A stretch of 64,000 nt of DNA, counting the filler, from Dirinaria sp. TL-2023a (lineage: Eukaryota), in NCBI GenBank assembly GCA_051941275.1. It is 7 parts of 7 records of this genome, joined end to end, with 100 filler letters (N's around TTAATTAATTAA, not from the genome) between each part and the next. Parts side by side here need not be neighbours in the genome. Positions count along the whole stretch, not along the records: positions 9,308 to 18,507 come from JAVEBF010001082.1; positions 18,608 to 27,801 come from JAVEBF010001083.1; 5 more parts are not named here. The stretch is one strand, 5' to 3'. Below, piece by piece: positions 12,033 to 23,208 of this stretch. The notes beneath the pieces are model-generated. The model made no database searches. It had not been told where the DNA came from and was given only the letters and a program-made list of their open reading frames with translations. A program made the position numbers and the translations under genes. Each line of letters opens with the position of its first letter. Positions within the stretch are counted from its first letter, which is position 1.

Positions 12033-13841
12033 TCAAGTTTTGATGCCGACGATAACAAGGTTCCTGGGACTTTGCTCGTAGTCGAACACAGCCTCAACCC
12101 AGCAGTCCGAGACTTCCTGCTGCTCCTTCAGGTAGAGCCACCTGTCTACGACGATAGCAGACTCAACTACGCTTGCACTGAATGCCATGAGGCTCCAGAC
12201 AATGCTGAGCTCCTTTCTCCTGTCTTTGTAGGCATCTGCGTAGTCGTCAATGGCCTCATCGCTGAGCTCGCTGTCCAGTTTTGCAATTGCTTCACCATGA
12301 AATGGGTCGTTGCGTAGCTTTGAGAGAGCGCCACGCACGTAAGCAGTGAAAGAAATATAACACGACTTTCGTAAGGACCCTATGATGATTGTCTCTCTGG
12401 CACCGTCTAGATTACTGGTGTTACTAGGGACGGCGGACTCGGCATCCGTGCTTGGTTTGCCGAGCACGCCGTGATCGACAAAGATCCGCTGGAGCAAGGC
12501 CCGAAAGAAGTGGCGTGTGAAGAAACCTTCAGAATCTTGCGTCGTCCAATTCGAAGGCGCTTGCACCGCCATCATACGGGCGGTAATGTTCAGCCGGACA
12601 CCTTCTCCGTATCGATGCTTATAAGTAGCTACGCGTTCCGACATTGGATAGCCGTGAGGATCGCAAGCGGTGGCGGAAGTGTCCAGTCTTTCATTTGGGA
12701 GACGGAGAGATGGAATCTTGTATGTGGCTGGGCCAAGTCTCTCCGTCATCAGGTTGTAACAGCATCCGACCATAGCAACAGCCTTCACAGAGGGGTTGAG
12801 TATGAGAGAGCGAAGGCCATGATGCAGAAGATTGCCGCAAGAATGCAGAGAGACTACCATAAGTTGTGGCTCTCGTGAGCCTTCGACAGTATGTCGTCGA
12901 TCTCTTATGCAAGGAACTAAGGCCGAGAGATCTCCGTCTTGTAATACTTTTTCGAAGTACTCTATCGAGCCATGTCTCTCATTCAAGTCGAACATAGCAT
13001 TGGAATGCCCCACAGCATTACTTGTAACGTGGATCAAGGGCGAAGCTGCATCACATGCGCTGGCTTCACCAGCTCGGAATGCCTTCTTGTTCCTCATGAT
13101 TTTCTTTTTGATTGTGAGCTTAGCGGAGACATCCATTGCCCGCGCGCCTTCAATGTTGTGCTGTTTGCTTTCTATAGCGACAACGTCCTTACAACAAGGC
13201 GGGGTGGCCAGAGCTCGCCCGAGATAGTTCTGTCCTGAGCCAAAGTCAACGATGTGGGAAATGTGATGATCAGGAGACGAAGCATTGTAAGATGTCAAAT
13301 CATCAATGTACCTAACAAAATGCGCCACCTCGTGTATCTTCTTTGGCTTCATGCCTACAGCAACATGTTGCGGCAGCTTAGCTTGTCCGCACTTGATTTC
13401 GTTTGTCGTGAGGGGCGGCTTAAATCCTCTTTCAAGAGAGTATCTCCTTACATCACAGATGTACTTCACAAGACTTTCTGGAGGCCTTTCAGTGCCGCGC
13501 CATCCGCCAAGACGTTCTGAAGAAGACTTTGAAGAGCTCATTCGCCCTTCATCTGGTATGTAGTGGTCATCGCACTGTTTACGAAACTGGTTCATATTCT
13601 CTCTTAAAAGAAGATCGAGTATGTCTGGCAATTCATGGGACTGGAGCCACGTTCGCCAATCTTCAGGAAGCAGAGCGGAGTACAGGTCAGGATCTCGAGT
13701 AAAAAAGTCCAGAATATGCACTCCACCGCATAATTTCTGGAAAAGTTCATTAGTGGTAACGAAATGAAGCAGTGACTCAATATAGAATTCCTCATCCGCC
13801 CATCCTGGAGACAGTGGCAGGGACCTCGAGGGTCTCATCAT
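12033..13841 (-). CDS. METTL25/RRNAD1-like SAM-dependent methyltransferase (Methyltransf_32 type)
   Basis: MKPKKIHEV, IVDFGSGQNYLGR (motif I), SLHSCGNL, VGCCYNL, ES..VVDRWLYL and SPRNL; first ATG at 13841. Confidence 0.88.
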   Translation of the reverse strand: MMRPSRSLPLSPGWADEEFYIESLLHFVTTNELFQKLCGGVHILDFFTRDPDLYSALLPEDWRTWLQSHELPDILDLLLRENMNQFRKQCDDHYIPDEGRMSSSKSSSERLGGWRGTERPPESLVKYICDVRRYSLERGFKPPLTTNEIKCGQAKLPQHVAVGMKPKKIHEVAHFVRYIDDLTSYNASSPDHHISHIVDFGSGQNYLGRALATPPCCKDVVAIESKQHNIEGARAMDVSAKLTIKKKIMRNKKAFRAGEASACDAASPLIHVTSNAVGHSNAMFDLNERHGSIEYFEKVLQDGDLSALVPCIRDRRHTVEGSREPQLMVVSLHSCGNLLHHGLRSLILNPSVKAVAMVGCCYNLMTERLGPATYKIPSLRLPNERLDTSATACDPHGYPMSERVATYKHRYGEGVRLNITARMMAVQAPSNWTTQDSEGFFTRHFFRALLQRIFVDHGVLGKPSTDAESAVPSNTSNLDGARETIIIGSLRKSCYISFTAYVRGALSKLRNDPFHGEAIAKLDSELSDEAIDDYADAYKDRRKELSIVWSLMAFSASVVESAIVVDRWLYLKEQQEVSDCWVEAVFDYEQSPRNLVIVGIKT

Positions 13842-14169
13842 GTAGAAAGCAGAAACGTGAAGCGAGACGCGGCTCGATAGATCAGAAAGGCCCAAAGTCA
13901 GCTTAGACAAGTCTATCGGAAAGCTAGAGCAAAGTCATACCGGTAAGCAATTAGTGATAAGACAAGCGATCTGGAAAGTAGTCCGTAAGTATCATGATTA
14001 CTAATAAGGTAAGTACGGAGTAAAGTACTTGGCTCTATTTCAGTCCGGCAAGCCACAACGCCATTTGCGCAAAAAGCTACTTTGCCAATGGTAGCCCAGG
14101 AACCTCCAGAACCTCTTGTTCTCTGAGAGCTGACAGACTCCCATCCATGAGGAAGTCAACGCTTCCGAT

Positions 14170-15014
14170 ATGATGTCCTCGACCAACAACAATGACCCTT
14201 TCCTGGAAGCGCAAGCGTCGGTCTCGATATATCACCACCTCAACCCAACCCGCTGACCAGTGAACAGCGATGTCCTTTCCAGCATAGACACTACGCGGTC
14301 GCTCTTCTCTTCCTACCTTCGGATCCGCTCTCTTGCCTCTGCCACTTCGCCCGAACTCGTTCAAGCGCGTAAAGAGCTTGAAACCGCGGTTCAAGACCTT
14401 AGCTCCGACCTTCAAGATCTGGTCGATAGCGTCCGCGCAGTCGAGCGGGATCCATTTCGCTATGGCCTCGAGATTGACGAGGTTGGGAGGCGGCGCAGAT
14501 TTGTGGGGGACGTGGGCAACGAAATCGAGGATATGAGGAAGGAGCTCAGAGATACGACAGGCAGGAGGAAAAGCTCAGGCGCCAACGGCACGACACTACC
14601 ACCGCCAGATACTTTTGGCTTGGACTCTCCTCCGCCCGAAGAGAGAGACGATTATGGGGCATTTGAGGAACAGAGACAGGTTGAGATGATGCAGGAGCAG
14701 GATGAGGCGCTGGACGATGTATTTCGGACCGTGGGTAATCTAAGGCAGCAGGCAGATGACATGGGAAGAGAGCTCGAAGAGCAAGGGGAAATGCTCGAAG
14801 ACGTGGATAATCTAGCGGATAGGGTAGGAGGAAAGCTACAGAATGGGATCCAGAAAGTTGGATGGGTCATCAAGAAGAATGAGGGTAGAATGCGGCCATC
14901 ACAGATGCAGCTCGTTTGGAAAGCTAACAGTTGGCAGACACATGGTCGAGCTGCTGCATCGGAGTCCTCATACTGGTGCTCATCCTACTGCTCGTGCTCG
15001 TACTTATTCTCTAG
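14170..15014 (+). CDS. TLG1: Tlg1/syntaxin-6 family Qc t-SNARE (2 introns)
   Basis: N-terminal NDPFLEAQ|ADVL, DLQDLVDSVRAVERDPFRYGL, SNARE motif QDEALDDVFRTVGNLRQQADDMGRELEEQ, and a spliced C-terminal TM SCCIGVLILVLILLLVLVLIL*. Confidence 0.92.
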
Positions 15015-16983
15015 GCTCGGAGAACTTGCGCCTTACAACAGTTGACAGATCACTCGCCCGCACCGCCGACGCCACGCCATGTACCTAGTTCACCGGTTTT
15101 CCTCCTAGCCCAAGCGATTGCTTGCTATCACCAACAACTCAACTGGTTACTGTGGCATCAGTACGACCATCGTAATCCTTCCACGATGTCTCGCTCATCT
15201 TTTGTCGAGCTATTGAAGCTTTGGACTGATAAAAAGCCGTGCTAGCGCGGGGTTGCACGACCTTGGAGTTCTCGACTTTGTACCTGATGAAGGGCACGAC
15301 TGGTCAGCGCTCAGACTGTTTCATGCAACGGCACAAACGAGCCGATTCAGTAGTCATCCCAGGCTCTGGTAATAATTTACAGGGGATGGCGTGGCTCCGG
15401 TTCTGGACCCATCGGCGTCGAGAACGAGGCAGCCTAGGGCCGGAGGAGATGAATGAAAGGTGTTGAAAGAAGACAGGTAGGAGTAGATTGTAGTAAGGCG
15501 TGACAGATATTCAGGGGCCATTAGCAAGAGTGGCCGAGCAGAAGCAGTCCTGGAGATGGGACACATTTAATTCAGGAGTAATGTTGTTAGTGGTGTATGT
15601 GCCCATTCACGTGATCCTGTACTTGAGGCCTTGGGCGCTTGCACGATCACTGATAATCATCCATTAGTATTGCCGAGTCTCTGAGATCTTTGTACGGGAG
15701 TACTAGTGTCTCAGATGCTGTGGAGTCATTGCTTGGTACCCAATCGCTGCTGTCGGGCCGGTTCTGTTGCCGACAAGATGCTTGGCAGCAGATTCACCCC
15801 TTGTGGTGATCCGGAGCCCCTGATGGATTCCGAAGACTTCCTCCTCCCTACTATTCCCGAAACTCTACCACACCACGTCGTGACATTGTTCGTGTTTCGA
15901 TGATGGATGGCCATCATCGACACTTTTCCTGTTGATCCACTGCTTCTGTCCCCTGTACTCGTACTCGTACTACTGCCTTGTCTCATGCTGTCCATTCACT
16001 CCGCCATTATGACCCACTCAAGACCAAGCCTCGGATTAGGCTCGCACCAAGTTACAAGCATTGTACCTCAAGTATTTGAGACCTCACTTCATACTCTAGT
16101 CCTCTCTAGCCAGGCTGCTTCACCTCCAGCGCATGCGTATTGCGCAAGCTCTTCTCTAGCTCTGAAGCGCGCGTTCTTGGTTCATGCATCAGGAGTCAAC
16201 TCAGAACTGCATGGACCTCGTTTCTATTGAGAGCCTGCTACGCGCTCCCACTTAGTTTCGTTTTACCCTCATCGCCACTTCACCAGTCACTCGCCTTTGC
16301 GCCTTCCCAGATGAACTGTAGCAAGGCATCGGACCACCACAGTCCACCATGGACTTGCAGACGGGGTCGTCTTGAAATTGAAGCTTGGCAACTATTTAAA
16401 CACCATCCATGTCCCACTTGATCCTCTATCAATCAATACGCGCTGCACTCCTGTCTCGGCTGGCCCATACTCACATTTTCCTTCTCTACAGAACATTCTG
16501 CTGCTCGACGCGGTCTCACTACACTTTCGTTCTACAATACCATTGTTGAAACTGCATTAGGTAAGCTCCGTGACATAATTGCATTGATCCCGAAACAAGC
16601 CTCTCCTTTGTTCTCATTCACTCTTCACTGTTATGTTCGGTATACGCTACAACCCTATTGTTGTTTTCATTGTCAGCATCAACAATTTTATTGTTCATGA
16701 TGCTTCACCACACGGTTGAGGGTCTCTTTGTTTGGAGCATTCTTGCCACCACCAGTATTTATAGATTCTCCGCCACCGCTTTCTAGAACTCCATCTCGCA
16801 CCATCAAACCCAGTTCGATCTAACAAAGCGGCAGACAAAAGTCCAGCTACAAAAGCAAAAAGCATTCTCTTTTTCGAAACTTCGTCAGGCACGAAGTTCC
16901 CACATTCTTAAGAAGCCTTTCCACAGATTCTTCAGGGAAGATCATCTACAACAAAAAAGAAGAAAAAAAAAACTACCTGCATC

Positions 16984-18138
16984 ATGGCACCAACTTCAGC
17001 TATTCTCTTCGCCGCTGCGACCATCTTTTCTTCAGCTTCGGCTCATATGAAGATGGTCAACCCACCTCCCTACGGCCCGGACTCTCTTGACAACTCACCG
17101 CTCCTCGCTGATGGGTCCAACTTTCCTTGCAAGAACAACCGACCTGACGTGTTTGGACCACCCAAATCGACTGCCACCATGCCCATTGGTGCTAAGCAGA
17201 CTCTGCAGCTCCAAGGTGGCGCTACCCACGGTGGCGGTTCTTGCCAGATTTCTTTGACAAAGGACTTGAAGCCAACAAAGGACAGCCAGTGGATGGTCAT
17301 TCACTCTATCGAGGGTGGCTGCCCTACCTCCGCAGCTGGCAACATCGGCGAAGACGCAGGTGCTCTTGACCCTACGACATTTGAATATTCGATTCCCGAC
17401 GGCATTGCTCCTGGCAACTACGCGCTTGCTTGGACCTGGTTCAACAAGATCGGTAACCGTGAGATGTACATGAACTGTGCACCTGTCACTGTCACTGGCG
17501 GTAGCAAGAAGAGATCCGAAGAGGTCGAAGAGCCTGCCTTCAACGAGACCATGGGTTCCGAATACGCCCTCGCCGAACGCGCCGCTTCATTCCCCCCCAT
17601 GTTCACGGCGAACATTCCCGCTACAGATTGTACCACGACGGAGTCGACAGACGTCGAATTCCCGAACCCAGGCCAATCCGTTGTTAAGAATTCGCAAGCT
17701 TTGAAGCCGCCGACTGGCCCTAAGTGCGGCCAAGGCAACGCCGCTCCAGCGGGTGGTTCTTCAGGCTCCGCCCCATCTGCCGCTCCCCCCGCTGCTGCCC
17801 CTTCGGGCTCCGCTGGGTCTGCGAACTCGCCAGGTACCGCTACAGTCCTCGCTTCGCCTTCCGCTGCAGCTCCGTTGCCCTCCGCCGCCGCCGCCGCCCC
17901 AGCTCCGGCTGCTGCAGCCCCATCTGCGGCCGCACCAGCTCCCTCCGCCGCTGCACCAGCTACTGGCGGAAGCTCTTCCTCCGGCTGCAGTGAAGGCGCG
18001 ATGATGTGTTCCGCAGATGGTACTCAATTCGGTCTCTGCGCCAATGGCCAGGTAAAGTTTCAACCAGTGGCTGCAGGAACTAAGTGCACCTCCGGCAAAA
18101 TCGACTTCGCCAAGCGCAGCGCCAAATTCCGGGCCTAA
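16984..18138 (+). CDS. AA11 lytic polysaccharide monooxygenase with A/P/S linker and C-terminal 4-Cys module
   Basis: The signal peptide ends ASA, leaving N-terminal His (HMKM). Also HGGGSCQ, WTWFNKIGNREMYMNCA (His brace plus Tyr) and a C-terminal CSEGAMMC..FGLCANG..VAAGTKC. Confidence 0.9.
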   Translation: MAPTSAILFAAATIFSSASAHMKMVNPPPYGPDSLDNSPLLADGSNFPCKNNRPDVFGPPKSTATMPIGAKQTLQLQGGATHGGGSCQISLTKDLKPTKDSQWMVIHSIEGGCPTSAAGNIGEDAGALDPTTFEYSIPDGIAPGNYALAWTWFNKIGNREMYMNCAPVTVTGGSKKRSEEVEEPAFNETMGSEYALAERAASFPPMFTANIPATDCTTTESTDVEFPNPGQSVVKNSQALKPPTGPKCGQGNAAPAGGSSGSAPSAAPPAAAPSGSAGSANSPGTATVLASPSAAAPLPSAAAAAPAPAAAAPSAAAPAPSAAAPATGGSSSSGCSEGAMMCSADGTQFGLCANGQVKFQPVAAGTKCTSGKIDFAKRSAKFRA

Positions 18139-18507
18139 AGGCTGACAGGTTTCAGTCTTCGGATGGTTGGGTTGTCAAAATTCGCTCTGCGCCCTGTGTT
18201 TTCTTTGAAAAAATTACTTGCTGTTGGGTTTTGGATATAGCATATTGTAGCATGCATTGGGTAGGTAGGATAAACTGTACTTGAAATAGCATAGCATGTT
18301 GTAGTTACTTTACTTCAGATGGAACATTTTATAGTCATTCACCACCCCTCCAGACTTGCTCATCTGCCCGCTTTTCTCTCCTTCCATTTTTTTGACTTTA
18401 ATCCAACCCTAAGTAGTGCAACCCTAAGTTCCCCAATCATTCTAAAAATTAGTTCTAACGTTGTCATTTCTTTTTTCTATTCTGTCGCGTTCGTAACGTT
18501 TCTCGCT

Positions 18508-18607
18508 NNNNNNNNNNNNNNNNNNNNNNNNNNNNNNNNNNNNNNNNNNNNTTAATTAATTAANNNNNNNNNNNNNNNNNNNNNNNNNNNNNNNNNNNNN
18601 NNNNNNN
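18508..18607. other. Artificial contig linker
   Basis: 44 N + TTAATTAATTAA + 44 N. Confidence 0.98.
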
Positions 18608-19532
18608 CCTCCATACTTACTCGCACTCCTCTGCAATCCCATCCCCATCCCCGCATTCCCATTCCCATTCCTATAATTCCCTGGCCCTTCAGGCATGAGA
18701 TAGAAATACAAAAACTCGACGAGCTTAAGCTTCACCTCGCGGCTCGTGGAGCGCGCTTTGAACAGCGAGGTAATAGTGAGCAGGCCGTCGAGGGATTCAA
18801 AAGCGCGCGTGTTTTGAGGTGTGGAGAGGAGGGCCGTGACGAGGGTTAGGAGCGTGCTGGACTGGATTGCGGGACAGGACGTTGGGTCGAGGAGGTCGAG
18901 GAGGAGCTATTTTGGAGCGGGAGATTTGCGTTAATGGCGGGCTGGGGTTTTTGGGGGAGACTGGTAGGGGAAGGAGGAAGATGGGAGGAGGGGAAGACAA
19001 ACATTCATGTATATTTCGCGCGCGAAGAGGGAGCGCGAGGGAGGGTGCATGAGGAGGATGCCGTGGAGGAGATCGAGGGTCGAGACTATGAGGAGGTCGT
19101 TTTGGCCATCTTTTTTATCATTCATTTTTCACTTGTCAGCTTTTTCACCCATATCTTCCGCGATTGAGGTAAAAGCAAATGGAAACCGATTGAGAACTCA
19201 CTACTCCCCTTCCCAAGCAACCTCTCCAAACACGCCACCAGCCTCGTCGCGACATTCCATTCGAACCCTTCTTGCAACTTGAAAAATTCCCGGAACGCGG
19301 GGTCGTCTTTCAAGCTCGATAATTCTTTCGTAGCTGTAGCGGATGGATCTGAAGAAGGAGGGTGGTTGTTGTTGTTTAGGGCGACGGAGCGCCGTCTGTT
19401 GTTGTTGCTTGCGCTTGGTTTCGAGAGACAGATCTGCGCCAGCAGACCTTCGAGCTGGCGCAGTCCTTTGCGAATTTTGACCCCGTCGTGGGAAGAGAGG
19501 TAGTCGAAGGAGAGGGAGAGCAGGGATTCCAT
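18608..19532 (-). CDS. cdc14: Septation initiation network component Cdc14 (S. pombe type, not the phosphatase); 3' end truncated
   Basis: MESLLSLSFDYLSS..KIRKGLRQLEGLLAQICL, DPAFREFFKLQEGFEWNVA and GILLMHPPSRSLFAREIYMN. Later exons continue to the linker. Confidence 0.85.
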
Positions 19533-20093
19533 TTGCGCGTTTCGAGTATTAGGTGGTGGGGTGGGAGAGAGGGTTCTTGGGATGTGGTGATGAGGTAATG
19601 GAAGTTAGATGTGCGGGTTATTGGAAAAAAACTCTAAACAAACACCTGTTGGCCGGGTAAACATGTCAGACCTTTCTACGGACGTCTCTTTGTGAAGATC
19701 AACTTCATCTCGTTTTCTTCATACTTTTGGCATTCAATAGTAATACCTGGGCACAGTCATGAACATTCAGGATGCAGCACTTTTGCTTATGATGGGTCAT
19801 CCGACTCTTCGACGAATTACTGGATGTCACTTTGTTTCGTTTGAACTTCTTGGCTTGCAGGGGCGCCTACTTAAGCTGCATATGAACATACTGTAATAAC
19901 GCTCTCGCAGTAGACATGTAAACACGATATGGGGTCATAGGCACAGGTAGAATCCACCTAGCCAATGGAATGCAATAATCCTGGCTGTACCGTAATACTG
20001 GTTCACACTGACCGTGTGCCAGCAGCACATGCTCCCCTTTTTAACGCCGACGCTATGCATTTTCCTGAGGCGAATGGCACGCGATGCCTCATT

Positions 20094-22718
20094 CTAATCC
20101 ACGTCTTCTATCTCATCTTCAATCGTGACAGCTCTGCCTTTGCCCTTAGCCTTTCGCCTTTCAGCTGCTAAAGCCTCAGGCTCGACCGTATCGCCAGGCG
20201 ATCGCGCAATGCCGTTCATTGAGCCATGTGTTGTATCAGCCTTACTCGATTCTGGATTTGCTGCGGGTCCATTATGTAATACCGGAGCCGATCCCCAATT
20301 GGGAATTGAGGAAGGAGTTGGATCTTGAGGCGGTTGGTTGGACGATCTGGTAGATGGCGGTTCAGATCCAGCTCCGCCGTCTGATCCATTCGGCAGCGAT
20401 TGAGGGATTGGCGTTTCAACCGCATGTTGTCCGAGCTCTGGCGCGCTTGATGTAGTTATCTGGGTACTGCTCTGAGCAGCCGGTATCGCTGTTGGCTGTA
20501 TGTGGAGGTTGTTGAGTGAGAGATTGGTTTCGTTGGCTGCTCCTTGCAGCTGGGTAGAATTTTGCGCTGATTGGGAGACAGAATCTGACTGCGCAAAATT
20601 TACGTCATTGCCTTCGCTGTTAATTGGAGGATTGTCTTGGGCGATACGTTGTAAAGGCAGGATTGACCACCCCTCGGGGAGCACCATACCAGGTGGTAGA
20701 TCTGGATGACCAGAACCGAGTGGCTGCTGTTGATGATTATTTGTAAAGACTTGGGGAATGAACGGAGCTTGCGCATTTTGGAATGCTTGGAGCCCTTGGA
20801 CTGCAACATTAGGCGGTCCTTGTTGGCTGGGGTTAGGAGATGGGTTGCCACCGGCCAGTTGGTTCGCTTGTGACTGCTGGATACGTAATCTTGCAAGCTC
20901 ACCTTGAAGAGAGCGCACTAAATACAGCTGGTCTGCCTGCAGTCGAAGTGCTTGAGCCTCTCGGAGTATCTGAAGCTCTATCTGGTGTAGCTGGGCTTGC
21001 ACATTGAGGGGCGGAAAATTGGCCATTGTTCGCTCCCGAGACTGCCGAAAGAGACCGAACCCATTGTTAATGCCTTGGTTGTTGCCACCTTGAACTTGCT
21101 GGTTGGGAAATGCAGGATTATTGTTCGCTTGTGGTGGGAAAGCTTGGCCACCAATCCTCGCTCCAAAGGCTAAGCGGAAAGGACCCAAATTGAAGACATT
21201 GTGTGCTATTGCAGGTTGGTGGCCTGCACCGTGACCTAAATTGGCAGGCTGTTGTTGCCCAGGAGGTACGGCGCCAATGTTCTGGTTTCTAGGAGCCACG
21301 GTGGTTGAAGAGGCTGCACCACCAGGAACAAGAACGGGTCTTCTGCATGTTGGGCAGTTCTGTTGGCGCTCGAGCCAGCTACGCAAACAAGCGAAATGTA
21401 GAATGTGTCCACAAGGCAGCTTTTTGGGCCTCAATCGTTCGTCCACAACAGTAGGTGCTTGTCGTTGGGCTGTGGCCTCAGGATTTTCTTGAGCACCTTG
21501 CCTTCCCGCTCTCATATCCTCTCGGCAAATGATGCAGACATCTTCTCTGGCAATTTCTTCCGGCGTGGCATCGGGGTATCTGCTATTCATGTCCCTTGTT
21601 GCTTGTCGATAACGCACAAAGTCGTTGATCCGCTTGTAAAATGAGCGGATGGTGAGAGCGACGTCCCGGATGATATGTATAGGCATGCCATAGAACACGC
21701 ACAGAACAAAGAAGAAGGTCAGATAAAGAACGAGCTTAAGGAAATCTAGCAAGGTACAATCAGCGAACCAAACATGCAAGCAAACAGGATGGTAATTACC
21801 AGTGAGTAAATCCAGGTAGAAAATCCATCGGCCTTTCTCTTCCCAACCAGGTACATCAATGTCTATGTCTTCAACATTCTCATCTTCCCCAGCCGTCGTC
21901 TGATTGGATCCTGTTGCAGGCTCAGCATTGCCGGACGCTGCAGCTCGCTGTCTTGCTTGCACCCGTTCTCGCCGAATCTGATCCCTTCGACTCTTCGTCT
22001 GACTTTTGATAACTGATGCTTCGTAGAGCGAGATGCAATAGCGAGAGACGGTTGACAAGGATAGGACTTGTAAAACGGCGAATTCAAATGCAAAGACAAC
22101 CATCATGTTCGGCCGCGCTTGCTGGAGAACCGTCTGAACAGAGTAGACTAGCATGTACATATCGAATAAAGCCGAGATGACGAGAGATAGAGAAAGCCGT
22201 AGGTGGAAGAGCCCGGGGTTCGCAGGTGGCTGTTGGTCTAGGATCTCCACACGGCCCTCCCCTATCCAGCCCCAGACTTTGCCGATCAAGAGACTCACGA
22301 ACATGACCAGAAAGTATGCTCCCACCTCTTCTCGGAAGATTGTCATAGCTAGACATGTTTCTGTAATCGCGAACCAAGCTTTCTCGTAAAGTTGTTCAAT
22401 TTCGATCGGTCTTAGATTCCCGAAGAATAATCTTTGCAGACCAAGCATAAAACTTCCAACACAGAGAAGAGCAAGGTTTGTCAGTATCTGGCGAAGTGTG
22501 AGCCGGATGGAAGTGTAAGCTGCGACACCTCATAATCACCATTAAGCACGCATTGCTATGCGCTAGATAGACACTTGCTGAGTAGAAGTTTGCTCTTTGA
22601 TGTAATGCTCGGAGGATGACGCCGGTCGCAAGGACCGTTGAGGCCTACAACGAGAAATTAAATGAGGTCGTTCCAAGTGACATGTGATACATACCGTAGC
22701 ATACATAGCGAACCTCAT
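20094..22718 (-). CDS. HRD1: ERAD E3 ubiquitin ligase Hrd1/synoviolin (spliced)
   Basis: ATG 22718 MRFAMYAT|..QRANFYSASVYL; FFGNLRPIEIEQLYEKAWFAITETCLAMTIFR; RING-H2 CIICREDM..KKLPCGHILHFACLRSWLERQQNCPTCR. Confidence 0.95.
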
Positions 22719-23208
22719 CCTCCAGGCTACTAAGCTTGAACCTGTTGGCCGCTCAGTCACCGTCTGGAGGGACCACAGTAAGAGGTGCTATCATCTCCTC
22801 AATGAAGAGCGATGAGTTAGAATAACAACATGAAAGAAAGTCATGGATAGATTGAACTTCTTCATGAGTCCGGAGCAAAGATTAACTTCACTTGACAGAT
22901 GCCACGATTTGCTCATCAATGGCTCTTGCTGATTGGTTAGATAAGCGCCGCCACTACAAGCGCCTGGCGGCTGTCTTTTGAAGACTAGCCTGGTGAGTTC
23001 CATAAACAGAGGCATCGGCTTATCTATGGGTTTTCACAGATTTGACCATAGGGACATAGAATAGTGGGTTGCAATGATTTTCTAAGCTACATTTAAAATT
23101 GGCAAGATATTCTGGAAACGGTCGCTCGGATATAATCGCAATAGCGCCTTGCAACATCACCGACCACAAGTCAAACATGTTAGAATTGAAGACGAACTGT
23201 GTAACCCA

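Noticed and set aside
18405..18430. CAACCCTAAGT x2 near a contig end as a telomere
   Set aside because: Two isolated units, not a tandem telomeric array.
7162..22718. Apparent ERAD cluster (Usa1/HERP-like gene and HRD1)
   Set aside because: They lie on different size-sorted contigs separated by two artificial linkers.
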